DNA of 64,000 nucleotides. Source: Alphaproteobacteria bacterium. Lineage in GTDB: Bacteria > Pseudomonadota > Alphaproteobacteria > MPNO01. Positions 1-10,012 of the stretch are shown here, piece after piece. The DNA is taken from the NCBI GenBank assembly GCA_964291675.2, contig OZ219866.1, positions 928,001 to 992,000 on the forward strand, in the 5' to 3' direction. Within the stretch, counting starts at the first letter, position 1. Every line of letters starts with the position of its first letter. A program made the translations under genes and the position numbers. The notes beneath the pieces were generated by a model. That model saw only the letters and a program-made list of their open reading frames with translations, did not search any database and was not told the DNA's origin.

Positions 1-33
1 CCCCCGGGCTTGTCCCGGGGGCCAGCCATGACG
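1..33. repeat. Partial REP/RPE-like palindromic repeat at the window edge
   Basis: Hairpin CCCCCGGG-CTTGT-CCCGGGGG followed by GCCATGAC, resembling the arm of alphaproteobacterial intergenic palindromic repeats; lies just past the stop of the first gene. Confidence 0.4.
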
Positions 34-42
34 CGGGGGGTC

Positions 43-879
43 CTAATCCTTCGGCACCGCACCCTCGCCGGTCCAGTCGGGCGGGTTCGACGCCTTGATG
101 CGGCGCGCCTCTTTGACGGTCTCGCGGATCTGGCCGGCGAGCGGCATGGATTCGCCCAGCGCGTCGGCCATCTGCGAGACGATCTGCATGTCCTTGAGCG
201 CCCAGGTGAAGGTCATCCGGTCCCAGTCCTCCAGCGTCGCCGACCGGGCCGAGCTGATCAGCAGCGCCTCGCGCAGCTTGACGAGATCGGCGCCGAAGGC
301 CTCGGCGAGCCGGCCGGCCTCGATCAGCCCGACCCCGGCGATCCACATCAGGAAGTTGTTCATCGCCTTGCCGAACTGGCCGTGCCCGACCGGGCCGAGA
401 TGGGCGATGTCGGAGCAGAAGGTCTCGAACACCGGACGCGAGCGCTCGACCACGGCGTCGGTCCCGCCGACCAGGGCGAGCAGCGTCCCCTCGTCCGCCG
501 CCCAGCGGCCGCGGCAGATCGGCGCATCCAGCACGTCGATCCCGCGCCCGGCCGCGCGCTCGGCCACCATGCGGACGGTCTCCGGCGACGACGTCGAGCA
601 GACCGCGATGCAGGATCCGGGCGCCATCGCGCCGACCAGCCCGTCGCCGCCCACCGTGACCGCGACCGTCTCGGCGTCGAACCCGACGGCGACGATCGCG
701 TAATCCACGTTCCCGCCGAGCTCGGCCGCCGAGGCGAAAGGCTGTGCGCCCCACTCCCCGGCCCTTGCAAGCCGTCCGGCGTCGATATCCGTTGCCGCGA
801 CCGGGAACCCGGCCTTGACCAGATGCCTGACCATGGCGAGACCCATCCGTCCCGGCCCGACGATGCCGACGCGATCCAT
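43..879 (-). CDS. NAD(P)-dependent oxidoreductase, beta-hydroxyacid (3-hydroxyisobutyrate/6PGD-like) dehydrogenase family
   Basis: Rossmann motif VGIVGPGRMG, DAPICRG and catalytic Lys in GKAMNN; start moved to the ATG at 879, which follows a GAGGGGAG RBS. Confidence 0.85.
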   Translation of the reverse strand: MDRVGIVGPGRMGLAMVRHLVKAGFPVAATDIDAGRLARAGEWGAQPFASAAELGGNVDYAIVAVGFDAETVAVTVGGDGLVGAMAPGSCIAVCSTSSPETVRMVAERAAGRGIDVLDAPICRGRWAADEGTLLALVGGTDAVVERSRPVFETFCSDIAHLGPVGHGQFGKAMNNFLMWIAGVGLIEAGRLAEAFGADLVKLREALLISSARSATLEDWDRMTFTWALKDMQIVSQMADALGESMPLAGQIRETVKEARRIKASNPPDWTGEGAVPKD

Positions 880-893
880 CGCGTGCTCTCCCC

Positions 894-2543
894 TCATCGA
901 TAATCCCGCTCGGCGGCGGCTTCGCTGACATAGCCCTCGGCGATGTCGCGGGCGACCGCTTGCGGTGAGCGCGCCGCAGGATCGCCATAGCCGCCCCCGG
1001 CCGCGGTCTCCAGCAGGAAACGCTCGCCGGCGGCGAGCTCGAAGCGCCCGGCGGGCGGGGTCTCCTCCTCGGCCGCCGTGCCGTAGCGGATGACGAAGCG
1101 GCTGCCCTGCCCGTCCCTGCCGCCGGCGAGCCCGACCGGCGGGAAGCGGGCGCGGTCGTAGCGCCTGATGACCACGGCGTCCTGCAACAGCTCGTATTCG
1201 CGCCTGAGTCCCAGCCCGCCGCGCCAGGTGCCGGCGCCGCCCGAATCCGTCATCAGCTCGAAGCGCGGGATTCGGCAGGGAAACTCGGACTCGATGATCT
1301 CGATCGGCGTGATGTGCAGGTTGGAGAGATGGGTCGCGCAGGCCGACGCGCCGTCATGCCCGGCGCCGCCGCCATAGGCCGAGCCGATGATCTCGTATTG
1401 CAGGCTGGCCTGGCCCTCGCGCCCGCCTTGCAGCCACTGGATCATCACCGCGCCGCTGGAGGCGGCGTTGGCCACCGCCCGGTCGGGGCGGAACGCCGAC
1501 AGCGCCTCCAGGATCACGTCGACCAGCTTGAGGTTCGCCATCTGGTAGCTGGAGACCGGCGCCGGCGCGGAGGCGTTGGTGATCGTCTCCGGCGCGTAGA
1601 CGAAGCGCACCGCCTCGCGCATGCCGTCATTGTACTGGAGGTCGGGGCCGAGGCAGCCGATCAGGGCGTAGAAGCAGCACGCCTCGACCATCGACGGGCG
1701 CAAGTTGATCGGCCCCCTGGCCTGGCGGTCGGCGGCGCTGAAGTCGAAGGTCGCGCACGCCCCCTCGACCGTCACCGTGCAGGCGAAACGCACCGGGCGG
1801 TCGCGTTCGACCCCGTCGGAATCCATGAACCCCTCGGCCGAGGCGGTGCCGTCGGGGAGCGCGGCGATGGCGGATTTCAGCGCCGCGCCGGCGCCGGCGA
1901 GGATCGCGGCGAAGGCCGCGCGCACGGTCTCGCCGCCGAAGCGGGCGCAGATCCCCTCGATGCGCTCCACCCCCAGCCCGGTGGCGGCGATCTGCGCCCG
2001 CATGTCGCCCTGGACCAGCTCGGGCTGGCGGCTGTTGGCGAGGATCAGCCGCTCCAGATCGTCGTTGTAGCGCCCCGCCTCGGCGATGCGGATCGGCGGC
2101 AGCAACAGCCCCTCGTGGTAGATCTCGGTGGCGTTGGCCGAGGTGCTGCCGGGGTTGGTGCCGCCGATATCGGCCTTGTGGGCGATCGAGCCGGCGAAGC
2201 CGACGAGCGCGCCGTCGGCGAAGATCGGCGCGACGAACGCCATGTCGGAGACATGCGGCAGCCCGCCCTCATAGGGGTGGTTGCAGACGAAGACGTCGCC
2301 CGCGGCGAGCCCGGCGCCGTAGAGTTCAAGGATGCGCCCCACCAGGTGCTTGTAGACCGGGGCGTGGAAGAACATCGGTGGGGCAACGATCAGCCCGCCG
2401 GCCGCATCGAGGATGACGCAGCTGAAATCCCGCGACTCGCGGATGATCGTCGAGTAGCCCGAGCGGTAGAAATGGTAGTGCATCTCCTCGACCAGCCCCG
2501 CCACCTTGTTGCGCAGGATCTGGACGGTCACCGGGTCAGCCAT
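894..2543 (-). CDS. Hydantoinase B/oxoprolinase family protein
   Basis: MADPVTVQILRN...SGYSTIIRESRDFS, NHPYEGGLPH, HKADIGG, DSGGAG, GGGYGDP; start overlaps the upstream stop. Confidence 0.92.
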   Translation of the reverse strand: MADPVTVQILRNKVAGLVEEMHYHFYRSGYSTIIRESRDFSCVILDAAGGLIVAPPMFFHAPVYKHLVGRILELYGAGLAAGDVFVCNHPYEGGLPHVSDMAFVAPIFADGALVGFAGSIAHKADIGGTNPGSTSANATEIYHEGLLLPPIRIAEAGRYNDDLERLILANSRQPELVQGDMRAQIAATGLGVERIEGICARFGGETVRAAFAAILAGAGAALKSAIAALPDGTASAEGFMDSDGVERDRPVRFACTVTVEGACATFDFSAADRQARGPINLRPSMVEACCFYALIGCLGPDLQYNDGMREAVRFVYAPETITNASAPAPVSSYQMANLKLVDVILEALSAFRPDRAVANAASSGAVMIQWLQGGREGQASLQYEIIGSAYGGGAGHDGASACATHLSNLHITPIEIIESEFPCRIPRFELMTDSGGAGTWRGGLGLRREYELLQDAVVIRRYDRARFPPVGLAGGRDGQGSRFVIRYGTAAEEETPPAGRFELAAGERFLLETAAGGGYGDPAARSPQAVARDIAEGYVSEAAAERDYR

Positions 2544-4626
2544 GGCCGCGCTCCAGCACCAAATTGCGAAAACCGTCGACCGCGGCGCTCCACCCCGCCG
2601 GCACCACGGTCGTCGCATCGAACTGCTCGACGATGGCGGGGCCGGCGAACCACACCCCCGGCGCCAGAAGGGCGCGGTCGACGAGCAGGGTCCGGGTCGC
2701 CCCTCCGGCATCGAAATGGACGCAGCGCTTACCCGCGATCGCGGCCTCCGGCAGGGCGGCCTCCGCGGCCGGCTCCGCCACGGGGCGGTATTTCGGGACC
2801 TCGACCGTCACGCGCAGCCGGTAGCTCACGATCTCCACGTCCTTCTCCGTCGCGGCGTGGCCGTGGATGCGGGCGTGGCGGGAATCGAAGCGGCGGCGCG
2901 CCTCCGCCATGGCCGCATCGTCGAGCCCGCCGCCGCCGAGACCGTCGAGGGGGGTGCGCAGCTCGTAGCCCTGCCCGACATAGCGCAGGTCGAGCTCGCG
3001 CGAATGCCGGGCGGCGGCGGGGTCGAATCCCTCGGCGGCGAGCTCGCCGGCGGCGCGGGCCTCCAGCCCGGCGAACACGCTCTCCGCATGCGCCGGGCTC
3101 ACCCGGTTGAGCGGGCGCAGCTCCGAGCGCACATAGTCGTGCACCACGTCCGAGCAGAGCAGGCCGAGCGCCGAGAACGCGCCCGGGCGGGCCGGGACCA
3201 GGATGCGGCGCATGCCGAGCTCGTCTGCGACCGCCGCCGCATGCACCGCCCCCGCCCCGCCGAACGGCAGCAGGGTGAAGTCGTGCGCATCCACGCCGCG
3301 CTTGGCGGCGACGACGCGGACCTCGTCGGCCATCCGCATGTCGACGATGCGCCTGATCCCCCGCGCCGCCTCGTGGACCTCCATGCCGAGCGGGCGCGCG
3401 ATCCGCTGTTCCAGCGCATCCAGCGCGGCGCCGAAATCGAGCGTCTGGGCGCCGCCCAGCAGATGGGCGGGGTTGAGATAGCCGCAGACGATATCCGCGT
3501 CGGTGACCGTCGCCTCGCCGCCGCCCTTGCCGTAGCAGGCGGGGCCCGGATCGGAGCCCGCGCTGCGCGGGCCGACGGCGAGCAGCCCGCCGCCGTCGAT
3601 CCAGGCGATCGACCCGCCGCCGGCCGAGATGGTGGTCAGGTCGAGCGTCGGCACGGCGATCGGGCGGCGGCCGATCTCGCTCTCGGTGACTTCGAGCGGC
3701 GCGCCGCCCTCGATGAAGGCGATGTCGCAGCTCGTCCCGCCCATGTCGAGCGAGACCAGCCCGGTGCGGGCCTCGTCCGGGGCGAGCCAGGCGCAGGCCC
3801 TGGCGCCGGCGGCGGGTCCGGACAGCATGGTATGCACCGTCTTGCCGCCGGCGAGCGCGGCCGAGAACGGCATGACCCCGCCGTTGGACTGCATCAGGAA
3901 GCGCTGCGGCGTCTCGACCCCGGTCTCGTCCAGCCCGCGAGCGAGGTCGCGCACATAGCGCACCAGCACCGGTTCGAGATAGGCGTTGAGCAACGTCGTC
4001 GACATGCGCGGCCACTCGCGCAGCCGCGGCAGGACGACGCTGGAGAGCGATATCGCGGCCTCGGGGAACTCCTCGGCGAGAATCCGCCGCGTCTCGGCCT
4101 CGTGCGCCGGGTTCATGAAGGAGAACAGGTAGCAGACGGCGATCGATTCGACGCCCGCCTCGCGCAGGCTCCGCGCCGCCCGCCTGACCGCATCCGCATC
4201 GAGCGGGGCGAGCTCGCTGCCGTCGTGGTCGATCCGCCCGCCGACCTCCCGGGTCAGGCTCTGCGGCGCGATCGGGTCGGGGCGCCTGAAGAAATAATCG
4301 AACGGGTTGCCGTCGCGGGCCTGCGACTGGACCTCCTGGACGGCGCGGTAGCCGGCGGTGATCAGCATGCCGACGCGGGCGCCCCGCATCTCCAGCAGCG
4401 CGTTGGTGGTGATCGTCGTGCCGTGGCCGAAGAACCCGATCGCCCCGGGCGCGATGCCCCGGGCGAGGAATCGCCCGAGCCCGTCGAGCACCGCCGCCGC
4501 CGGGCTGGCCGGGGTGCTCGGCACCTTCTCGATCAGGATGTCGCCGCTCGCGCTATCCAGCAGGACCAGGTCGGTATGGGTTCCGCCGACATCGACGCCG
4601 AGGCGCCAGGGCGCGGGCTCGCTCAC
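2536..4626 (-). CDS. Hydantoinase A/oxoprolinase family protein (ATP-binding subunit)
   Basis: GVDVGGTHTD, HGTTITTNALLE, SGPAAG, DMGGTSCD, GGGSIA, GPRSAGSDPGPACY, FGGAG. Confidence 0.93.
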   Translation of the reverse strand: MSEPAPWRLGVDVGGTHTDLVLLDSASGDILIEKVPSTPASPAAAVLDGLGRFLARGIAPGAIGFFGHGTTITTNALLEMRGARVGMLITAGYRAVQEVQSQARDGNPFDYFFRRPDPIAPQSLTREVGGRIDHDGSELAPLDADAVRRAARSLREAGVESIAVCYLFSFMNPAHEAETRRILAEEFPEAAISLSSVVLPRLREWPRMSTTLLNAYLEPVLVRYVRDLARGLDETGVETPQRFLMQSNGGVMPFSAALAGGKTVHTMLSGPAAGARACAWLAPDEARTGLVSLDMGGTSCDIAFIEGGAPLEVTESEIGRRPIAVPTLDLTTISAGGGSIAWIDGGGLLAVGPRSAGSDPGPACYGKGGGEATVTDADIVCGYLNPAHLLGGAQTLDFGAALDALEQRIARPLGMEVHEAARGIRRIVDMRMADEVRVVAAKRGVDAHDFTLLPFGGAGAVHAAAVADELGMRRILVPARPGAFSALGLLCSDVVHDYVRSELRPLNRVSPAHAESVFAGLEARAAGELAAEGFDPAAARHSRELDLRYVGQGYELRTPLDGLGGGGLDDAAMAEARRRFDSRHARIHGHAATEKDVEIVSYRLRVTVEVPKYRPVAEPAAEAALPEAAIAGKRCVHFDAGGATRTLLVDRALLAPGVWFAGPAIVEQFDATTVVPAGWSAAVDGFRNLVLERGHG

Positions 4627-4629
4627 CGC

Positions 4630-5055
4630 CTAGTGGTCATGGTGGTGGTGATCCGTCTTCACCAGCGCCGAGCGCGGCAGCGCGCGCTCGATCTCCCGGT
4701 GCAGCGCGGCGAGCTGCGGCCGGGTCACGGTGAAGCCGAGGTCGAAGCCGAACATGCGGGCGACCAGGATCACCTCGCCGTCCTCCAGCCCCCGCGCCAG
4801 GCCGACATCCGAGGTCTGGATCGGCTCGGCGAGCACCCGGTCGGTATTGCCGAAGAAGCTGGGCGTGACATCGCCCCGGCGCGCCGCCGCCCGGCCGCCG
4901 AGCCCGGCGAGATAGGCGACGATCCGCTCCAGGTCGTCCGCGCGGCAGGCGATCTCGACTCCCGTTCCGTGCTCGTCGCGGATGGTGAAGGCAACGCCGC
5001 CGCCGTCCGCCGAGACCGACGGGTTCTCCAGCCGGTCGAGCGCCAGTCTGCTCAC
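4630..5055 (-). CDS. Hypothetical protein with a His-rich C-terminus (DHHHHDH)
   Basis: C-terminal part of ORF 4630..5481; GTG at 5055 after GAGAG; stop lies 3 nt before the hydantoinase A start. Confidence 0.7.
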   Translation of the reverse strand: MSRLALDRLENPSVSADGGGVAFTIRDEHGTGVEIACRADDLERIVAYLAGLGGRAAARRGDVTPSFFGNTDRVLAEPIQTSDVGLARGLEDGEVILVARMFGFDLGFTVTRPQLAALHREIERALPRSALVKTDHHHHDH

Positions 5056-5114
5056 CTCTCGCACCCCCTGACCTTCTCTCTGCGGCCGGAGTGTGCCGGC
5101 ATGCCGGCCCCGGT

Positions 5115-6071
5115 TCAACGCCCGGCGCGCGACCTGAAGCGTTCCGTCGCGCCGACCAGGGCGGCGCAGATGCCGGGGTCCATGGCCGAGTGGCCGGAAT
5201 CCGGAACCACCACGTATTCCGCCTCCGGCCAGGCCCGGTGCAGCGCATCGGCGGTGACGATCGGGCAGATCATGTCGTAGCGCCCCTGCACGATCACGCC
5301 GGGCAGATGGCGGATGCGCTCGACGCCGGCGAGCAGCGCGCCGGGTTCGACGAAGACCCGGTTGACGAAGTAATGCGCCTCGATGCGCGCCAGCCCGACC
5401 GCCATCGAGTCCTCGCCGAAGGCGGCGATGGTCTCCGGGCTCGGCAGGAAGGTCGAGCACGCGCCCTCGTAGCGGCTCCACGCCCGCGCCGCCGGCAGCA
5501 GCACCGCCGGGTCGCGGCTCGACAGGCGGCGGTGATAGGCGGCGAGGATGTCGCCGCGCTCGTCCTCGTCGAGCACCTCGGTCAGCGCGTCCCAGGCCTC
5601 GGGAAACACGTGGCGGATGCCGTAGAGGAACCAGTCTATCTCCGCCTCGCTGCCGAGAAAGACCCCCCTGAGCACCAGCCCGAGCGCCCGTTCGGGATGG
5701 GTCTCGGCATAGGCCAGCGCCAGCGTGCTGCCCCAGGAGCCGCCGAACAGCAGCCAGCGGTCGATGTTGAGCATCGCGCGGATGCGTTCCATATCCTCGA
5801 CGAGATGCGCAGTCGTGTTGTCGCGGAGCTCTCCGACCGGCGTCGACCGTCCCGCGCCGCGCTGGTCGAAGACCACGATCCGGTAATGCGCCGGGTCGAA
5901 GAACCGCCGATGCGCCGGGATCGCCCCCGCCCCCGGCCCGCCATGCAGGAAGACCGCCGGAACCCCGTCGGGATTGCCCGAGACCTCCCAGTACAGCTCG
6001 TGCACGTCGTCGACGGCGAGCCGTCCGCTGTCATGCGGCTCGATCGGGGGGTAGAGCTGCTTGCGCGCCAT
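5115..6071 (-). CDS. pip: Proline iminopeptidase
   Basis: LYPPIEP, LHGGPGAG, FDQRGAGRS, GGSWGS nucleophile motif, GRYD, DSGHS; ATG at 6071. Confidence 0.95.
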   Translation of the reverse strand: MARKQLYPPIEPHDSGRLAVDDVHELYWEVSGNPDGVPAVFLHGGPGAGAIPAHRRFFDPAHYRIVVFDQRGAGRSTPVGELRDNTTAHLVEDMERIRAMLNIDRWLLFGGSWGSTLALAYAETHPERALGLVLRGVFLGSEAEIDWFLYGIRHVFPEAWDALTEVLDEDERGDILAAYHRRLSSRDPAVLLPAARAWSRYEGACSTFLPSPETIAAFGEDSMAVGLARIEAHYFVNRVFVEPGALLAGVERIRHLPGVIVQGRYDMICPIVTADALHRAWPEAEYVVVPDSGHSAMDPGICAALVGATERFRSRAGR

Positions 6072-6170
6072 TTGCGGGTTCCGCGCCTCGGCCGGTTGCG
6101 CGAAGGGTTTGGCCGGGGGCGGCGCCCCGCGGCGGGCGCGGCATATTATCTTCGCCGCGCCGCCCGGCCA

Positions 6171-6938
6171 ATGCCGGCGCTCGCGGTTCTGGCCCTGTGC
6201 TGGCACGCCGCGGCCGCCGCCGAAACGCCGCGCCGGGGGGTCGTGGCCACGGCGATCGACGGCGACACGGTAGCGCTGGAGAGCGGCGTCGAAATCCGGC
6301 TCGTCGGCATCCAGGCGCCCCGGCTGGCGCTCGGCCGCGCCGGGATGCGCGACTGGCCGCTCGCCGCCGAGGCCAGGGCCGCGCTCGAGGCGCTGGTCGT
6401 CGGTGCCCGGGTGCGGCTGGTCTATGGCGGGCGCCGGATCGACCGGCACCGGCGCCTGCTGGCCCATCTCGAGCGCGAGGCGGCGCCCGGCCGGCCGGCG
6501 CTCTGGGTGCAGGGCGAGATGCTTCGCCGCGGCCTCGCGCGGGTCTACACCTTCCCCGACAACCGCGCCCGGGCGGCGCCGATGCTGGCCCTCGAACGGG
6601 AGGCCCGCGCCGCCCGGCGGGGGATCTGGCGGCTGCGCAACTACCGCGTGCTCGCCCCGCAGGAGGCGCGGCGCCGCATCGGCCGGTTCGAGCTGGTCGA
6701 GGGGCGGGTGCTGCGCGCCGCCGCCGTGCGCGGCCGCTTCTACCTCAACTTCGGACCCGACTGGCGAACGGACTTCACCGTCGCGATCGCCCGCAAGCAC
6801 CGGCGCCGGTTCCGCCGTGCCGGAATCGATATCGCTTCACTCGCCGGGCGCATGATACGTGTGCGCGGCTGGCTGTCGTGGCAGAATGGGCCGATGATCG
6901 AGGCCACCCATCCCGAACAGTTGGAGACGGTCGAGTGA
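6171..6938 (+). CDS. Thermonuclease (SNase) family protein, probably exported
   Basis: Signal-like N-terminus, IDGDT, IRLVGIQAP, DRHRRLLAH, EREARAARRGIW, and a C-terminal OB-like part (YLNFG..WRTDF). Confidence 0.85.
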   Translation: MPALAVLALCWHAAAAAETPRRGVVATAIDGDTVALESGVEIRLVGIQAPRLALGRAGMRDWPLAAEARAALEALVVGARVRLVYGGRRIDRHRRLLAHLEREAAPGRPALWVQGEMLRRGLARVYTFPDNRARAAPMLALEREARAARRGIWRLRNYRVLAPQEARRRIGRFELVEGRVLRAAAVRGRFYLNFGPDWRTDFTVAIARKHRRRFRRAGIDIASLAGRMIRVRGWLSWQNGPMIEATHPEQLETVE

Positions 6939-8434
6939 GCGGGCGATGGGGCGTTCTCGCGGCCGCCGCGCTCGGCGCCGCGCTGGCGGCGGGCGGGCCC
7001 GGCGGGTGCGCGGTCAATCCGGCGACCGGCGAGAAGGTGTTCACCGGCGGGATCTCCGGGGCGCAGGAGCAGGCCGAAGGGCGCAGGCTGCATCCCGAGA
7101 TCCTCAGGCAGTTCGGCCCGGCGCTGGAGAACCCGTCGCTGCAGCGCTATGTCGACTCGGTCGGCCAGCTGCTGGCACGGACCGTCGAGCGGCGCGATCT
7201 CGCATACACCTTCACGGTCATCGACAGCGACGTCGCCAACGCCTTCGCGATCCCCGGCGGCTACATCTACGTCACCAGCGGGCTGCTCGCCCTGTTCGAC
7301 AGCGAGGCGGAGCTCGCCGCCGTGCTCGGCCACGAGCTCGGCCACATAACGGCGCTGCACTACGCGCGCGGGCGCGGCCAGGCCATCCTGGCGCAGCTCG
7401 GCGTGCTCGCCGCGGGGATTCTCGCCGGCCGGGCCGCGCCCGGCAGCGGGGCGGAGCGCATCGTCGGCGAGCTCGGCGGCAAGGCCGCCTTCGCCTATCT
7501 GCGCAGCTTCTCGCGCGAGAACGAATACGAGTCCGACGATCTCGGCATCCGCTATCTGGCGCGGGCGGGCTACGACACCGGCGCGGTGGCCCGCATGCTC
7601 GGCAAGCTGCGCGCCCATGGCCGGCTGGAGGCGGAGCTCGCCGGCCGGTCGCCCGAGGGGATCGACCGCTTCGACTACACCGCCACCCACCCCGCGCCGA
7701 TGGCCCGCATCCGGCGCGCCGCGGCGAAGGCCGCCCGGACCAAGCCCCGCGACCCGATGGTCGCGCGCGAGATCTATCTCGGCAAGATCGACGGGATGGT
7801 CTATGGCGGCAGCCGCCAGCAGGGCTTCGTCCGCGGCCGGCACTTCATCCATCCCGAGCTGCGCTTCCGCTTCTCGGTGCCGCGGCGCTTCATCCTGCAC
7901 AACATGCCGAAGGCGGTGGTGGCGAACGGAAGCGGCGGCGGACAGATCGTCTTCCGCCTGCAACCGCGCGGCGCCAGCCTGTCGGCCGCCGGGTTCCTGC
8001 GCGCCAAATGGGGAGCCCGGTTCCGGCTCGGCCGGATCGACGAGTTCACCCTCAACCGCATGCCGGCGGCGTCCACGCGGTTCGCCGCGCGCGGCCGGGG
8101 CGGCGTCGTGGACATCGCCGTGCTCGCCGCAGGCGCCCGCGGCGGCAAGGTCTACGAGCTGGTCTTCGTCTTTCCGCACAAGCCCGGCTCGCGCCTCCAG
8201 GAGGCGTATCGCACCGTCAGGCGCAGCCTGCGCGAGATGACCGCCGCCGAGGCGGCGACGCACCGTCCCTGGCGGATCCGGACGGTCAGGGCGCGCCGGG
8301 GCGACACGCAGCAGAGCCTGGCGCGGCGCATGGCGGTGGCGGAGCGCCGGCTGGCGCGGTTCCGGGTGCTCAACGGGCTCGGCCCGGGCGAGGCGATCGC
8401 CGCCGGGCGGACGGTCAAGATCGTCGCGGAGTAG
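6935..8434 (+). CDS. M48 family Zn metalloprotease lipoprotein with a C-terminal LysM-like domain
   Basis: GCAVNPATG lipobox-like motif, NAFAIPGG, HELGH, FSRENEYESD, THP; C-terminal GDTQQSLA...LNGL; GTGA overlap with the upstream stop. Confidence 0.88.
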   Translation: MSGRWGVLAAAALGAALAAGGPGGCAVNPATGEKVFTGGISGAQEQAEGRRLHPEILRQFGPALENPSLQRYVDSVGQLLARTVERRDLAYTFTVIDSDVANAFAIPGGYIYVTSGLLALFDSEAELAAVLGHELGHITALHYARGRGQAILAQLGVLAAGILAGRAAPGSGAERIVGELGGKAAFAYLRSFSRENEYESDDLGIRYLARAGYDTGAVARMLGKLRAHGRLEAELAGRSPEGIDRFDYTATHPAPMARIRRAAAKAARTKPRDPMVAREIYLGKIDGMVYGGSRQQGFVRGRHFIHPELRFRFSVPRRFILHNMPKAVVANGSGGGQIVFRLQPRGASLSAAGFLRAKWGARFRLGRIDEFTLNRMPAASTRFAARGRGGVVDIAVLAAGARGGKVYELVFVFPHKPGSRLQEAYRTVRRSLREMTAAEAATHRPWRIRTVRARRGDTQQSLARRMAVAERRLARFRVLNGLGPGEAIAAGRTVKIVAE

Positions 8435-8897
8435 CCGCCTCCGCCAGGATCAGGGCGACGACCCGCCGCGCCCGGTCTTCGGCCTCGGGCCGCGAGCTGG
8501 CGCGCGGGCCGGCCACGTTGAGCGCCCCGATGCGCTCGGCGGCGATCCACGCGCCGGCCCGGGCGGCGGCCTCCCCGTCGCCGAGCCGGCTCATGTCGAG
8601 CACCAGGCACGGCTTCGCCAGGCGCCCGGCGAAGGCGACGGTCCTCCTCGTGCCGCCACTCGGCTCGCCCCAGGCGAGCACCAGCGTGGCGTCGGAGTCC
8701 CGCACGTTGCGGCGGGTCCGCTCGACATAGCGGGGCGAGGCGGTCTCCTCCAGCGGGTAGCGCCCGGGGATCGGCCCGTCCTCCGCCCGGCGGCCGCGCG
8801 GGCACCAGCCGCCGCACGGGAACCCGGCGTCGAGCGCGGCATCGAGCGCCCCGCGGTCGACCCCGGTCTGCCCGCCCGAGAGAATCTTTTCGAACAC
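8415..8897 (-). CDS. Putative molybdenum carrier protein (SLOG superfamily)
   Basis: KILSGGQTGVDRGALD, GGWCPRGRRAEDG, NVRDSDATL, LNVAGPRAS. Confidence 0.85.
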   Translation of the reverse strand: MFEKILSGGQTGVDRGALDAALDAGFPCGGWCPRGRRAEDGPIPGRYPLEETASPRYVERTRRNVRDSDATLVLAWGEPSGGTRRTVAFAGRLAKPCLVLDMSRLGDGEAAARAGAWIAAERIGALNVAGPRASSRPEAEDRARRVVALILAEAATPRRS

Positions 8898-8924
8898 CTG
8901 TTCCGGGTCGCGGCGATGCGGCGA

Positions 8925-9425
8925 TCACGCGGGCTTGGCGAGGACCGCCTCCAGCTTCTCCGCCGCCGCGTCGCGGTCGATCTTGTCGACCAGCGCCAGC
9001 TCCTGGGCCAGCCGGTCGAGCGCCGCCTCGTACATCTGGCGCTCGGAATAGGACTGGTCGGGCTGGCCGGCGGCGCGGTGCAGGTCGCGCACCACCTCGG
9101 CGATCGCCACCGGATCGCCGCTGTTGATCTTGGCGTCGTATTCCTGGGCGCGGCGCGACCACATGGTGCGCTTGCCGCGGGCGCGGCCCTTGAGCGTCTT
9201 CATCGCGGTCTTCATCTTGGCCCGCGACGAGATCTTGCGAAGCCCCGAGTCCTTGACCTTGTCCACCGGCACGCGGAGCGTCATCTTCTCCGACTCGAAC
9301 GAGATCACGAACAGCTTGAGATCGAACCCCGCCACCTCGCGGTCCTCGATCCCGAGCACCCTGCCGACGCCATGCGTCGGGTAGACGACATAGTCGCCTT
9401 CGGAAAACGCCGATTTGTTCGTCAT
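8925..9425 (-). CDS. carD: CarD/CdnL family RNA-polymerase-binding regulator
   Basis: GDYVVYPTHGVG, MWSRRAQEYDAKINSGD, QSYSERQMYEAAL. Confidence 0.95.
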   Translation of the reverse strand: MTNKSAFSEGDYVVYPTHGVGRVLGIEDREVAGFDLKLFVISFESEKMTLRVPVDKVKDSGLRKISSRAKMKTAMKTLKGRARGKRTMWSRRAQEYDAKINSGDPVAIAEVVRDLHRAAGQPDQSYSERQMYEAALDRLAQELALVDKIDRDAAAEKLEAVLAKPA

Positions 9426-9582
9426 CGGGCGGTACTCACCCCTTCGTATCGAACCGTCGCCGCCGCCATGCGCCCGGGCTCCCCGGTCGAACCCGCCCGG
9501 AGACCCGGAGCAGCCGGCAATCAGGTCGCGCCTATCACAAAACCGTTTGAAATGTAAGGAGCATCGCGGAGAAGGGCCGCGC

Positions 9583-9921
9583 TCAGCTGCCCTGGCCCGG
9601 GTTCTCCGAGAAGTGCTCGGCGAACTTGTTCTTCACCTCCCGCCAATCGTCGGCGTCGGCCGGCGACTCCCCCTTGCGGGTGATGTTGGGCCACGTATCG
9701 GCGTATTTGCGGTTCATCTCGACCCACTCCTCGGCCCCTTCGTCGGTGTCGGGACGGATCGCCTCGACCGGGCATTCGGGTTCGCAGACGCCGCAATCGA
9801 TGCATTCGTCGGGATGAATCACCAGCATATTCTCGCCCTCGTAGAAACAATCCACTGGGCAGACCTCTACGCAGTCCATCAATTTACACCGGATGCACAT
9901 ATCGTTGACAATATAGGTCAT
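9583..9921 (-). CDS. fdxA: Ferredoxin, FdxA type
   Basis: [21 protein letters not shown]...[17 protein letters not shown]. Confidence 0.95.
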   Translation of the reverse strand: MTYIVNDMCIRCKLMDCVEVCPVDCFYEGENMLVIHPDECIDCGVCEPECPVEAIRPDTDEGAEEWVEMNRKYADTWPNITRKGESPADADDWREVKNKFAEHFSENPGQGS

Positions 9922-10012
9922 GGTCTGGCGACTCCCGGTTTCGAAGCGACAGGGAACTTAGTACCGGAGCCCGTGTCAGCCAACATCTTTTCGCCCGTCG
10001 CGTGCGACCGGC

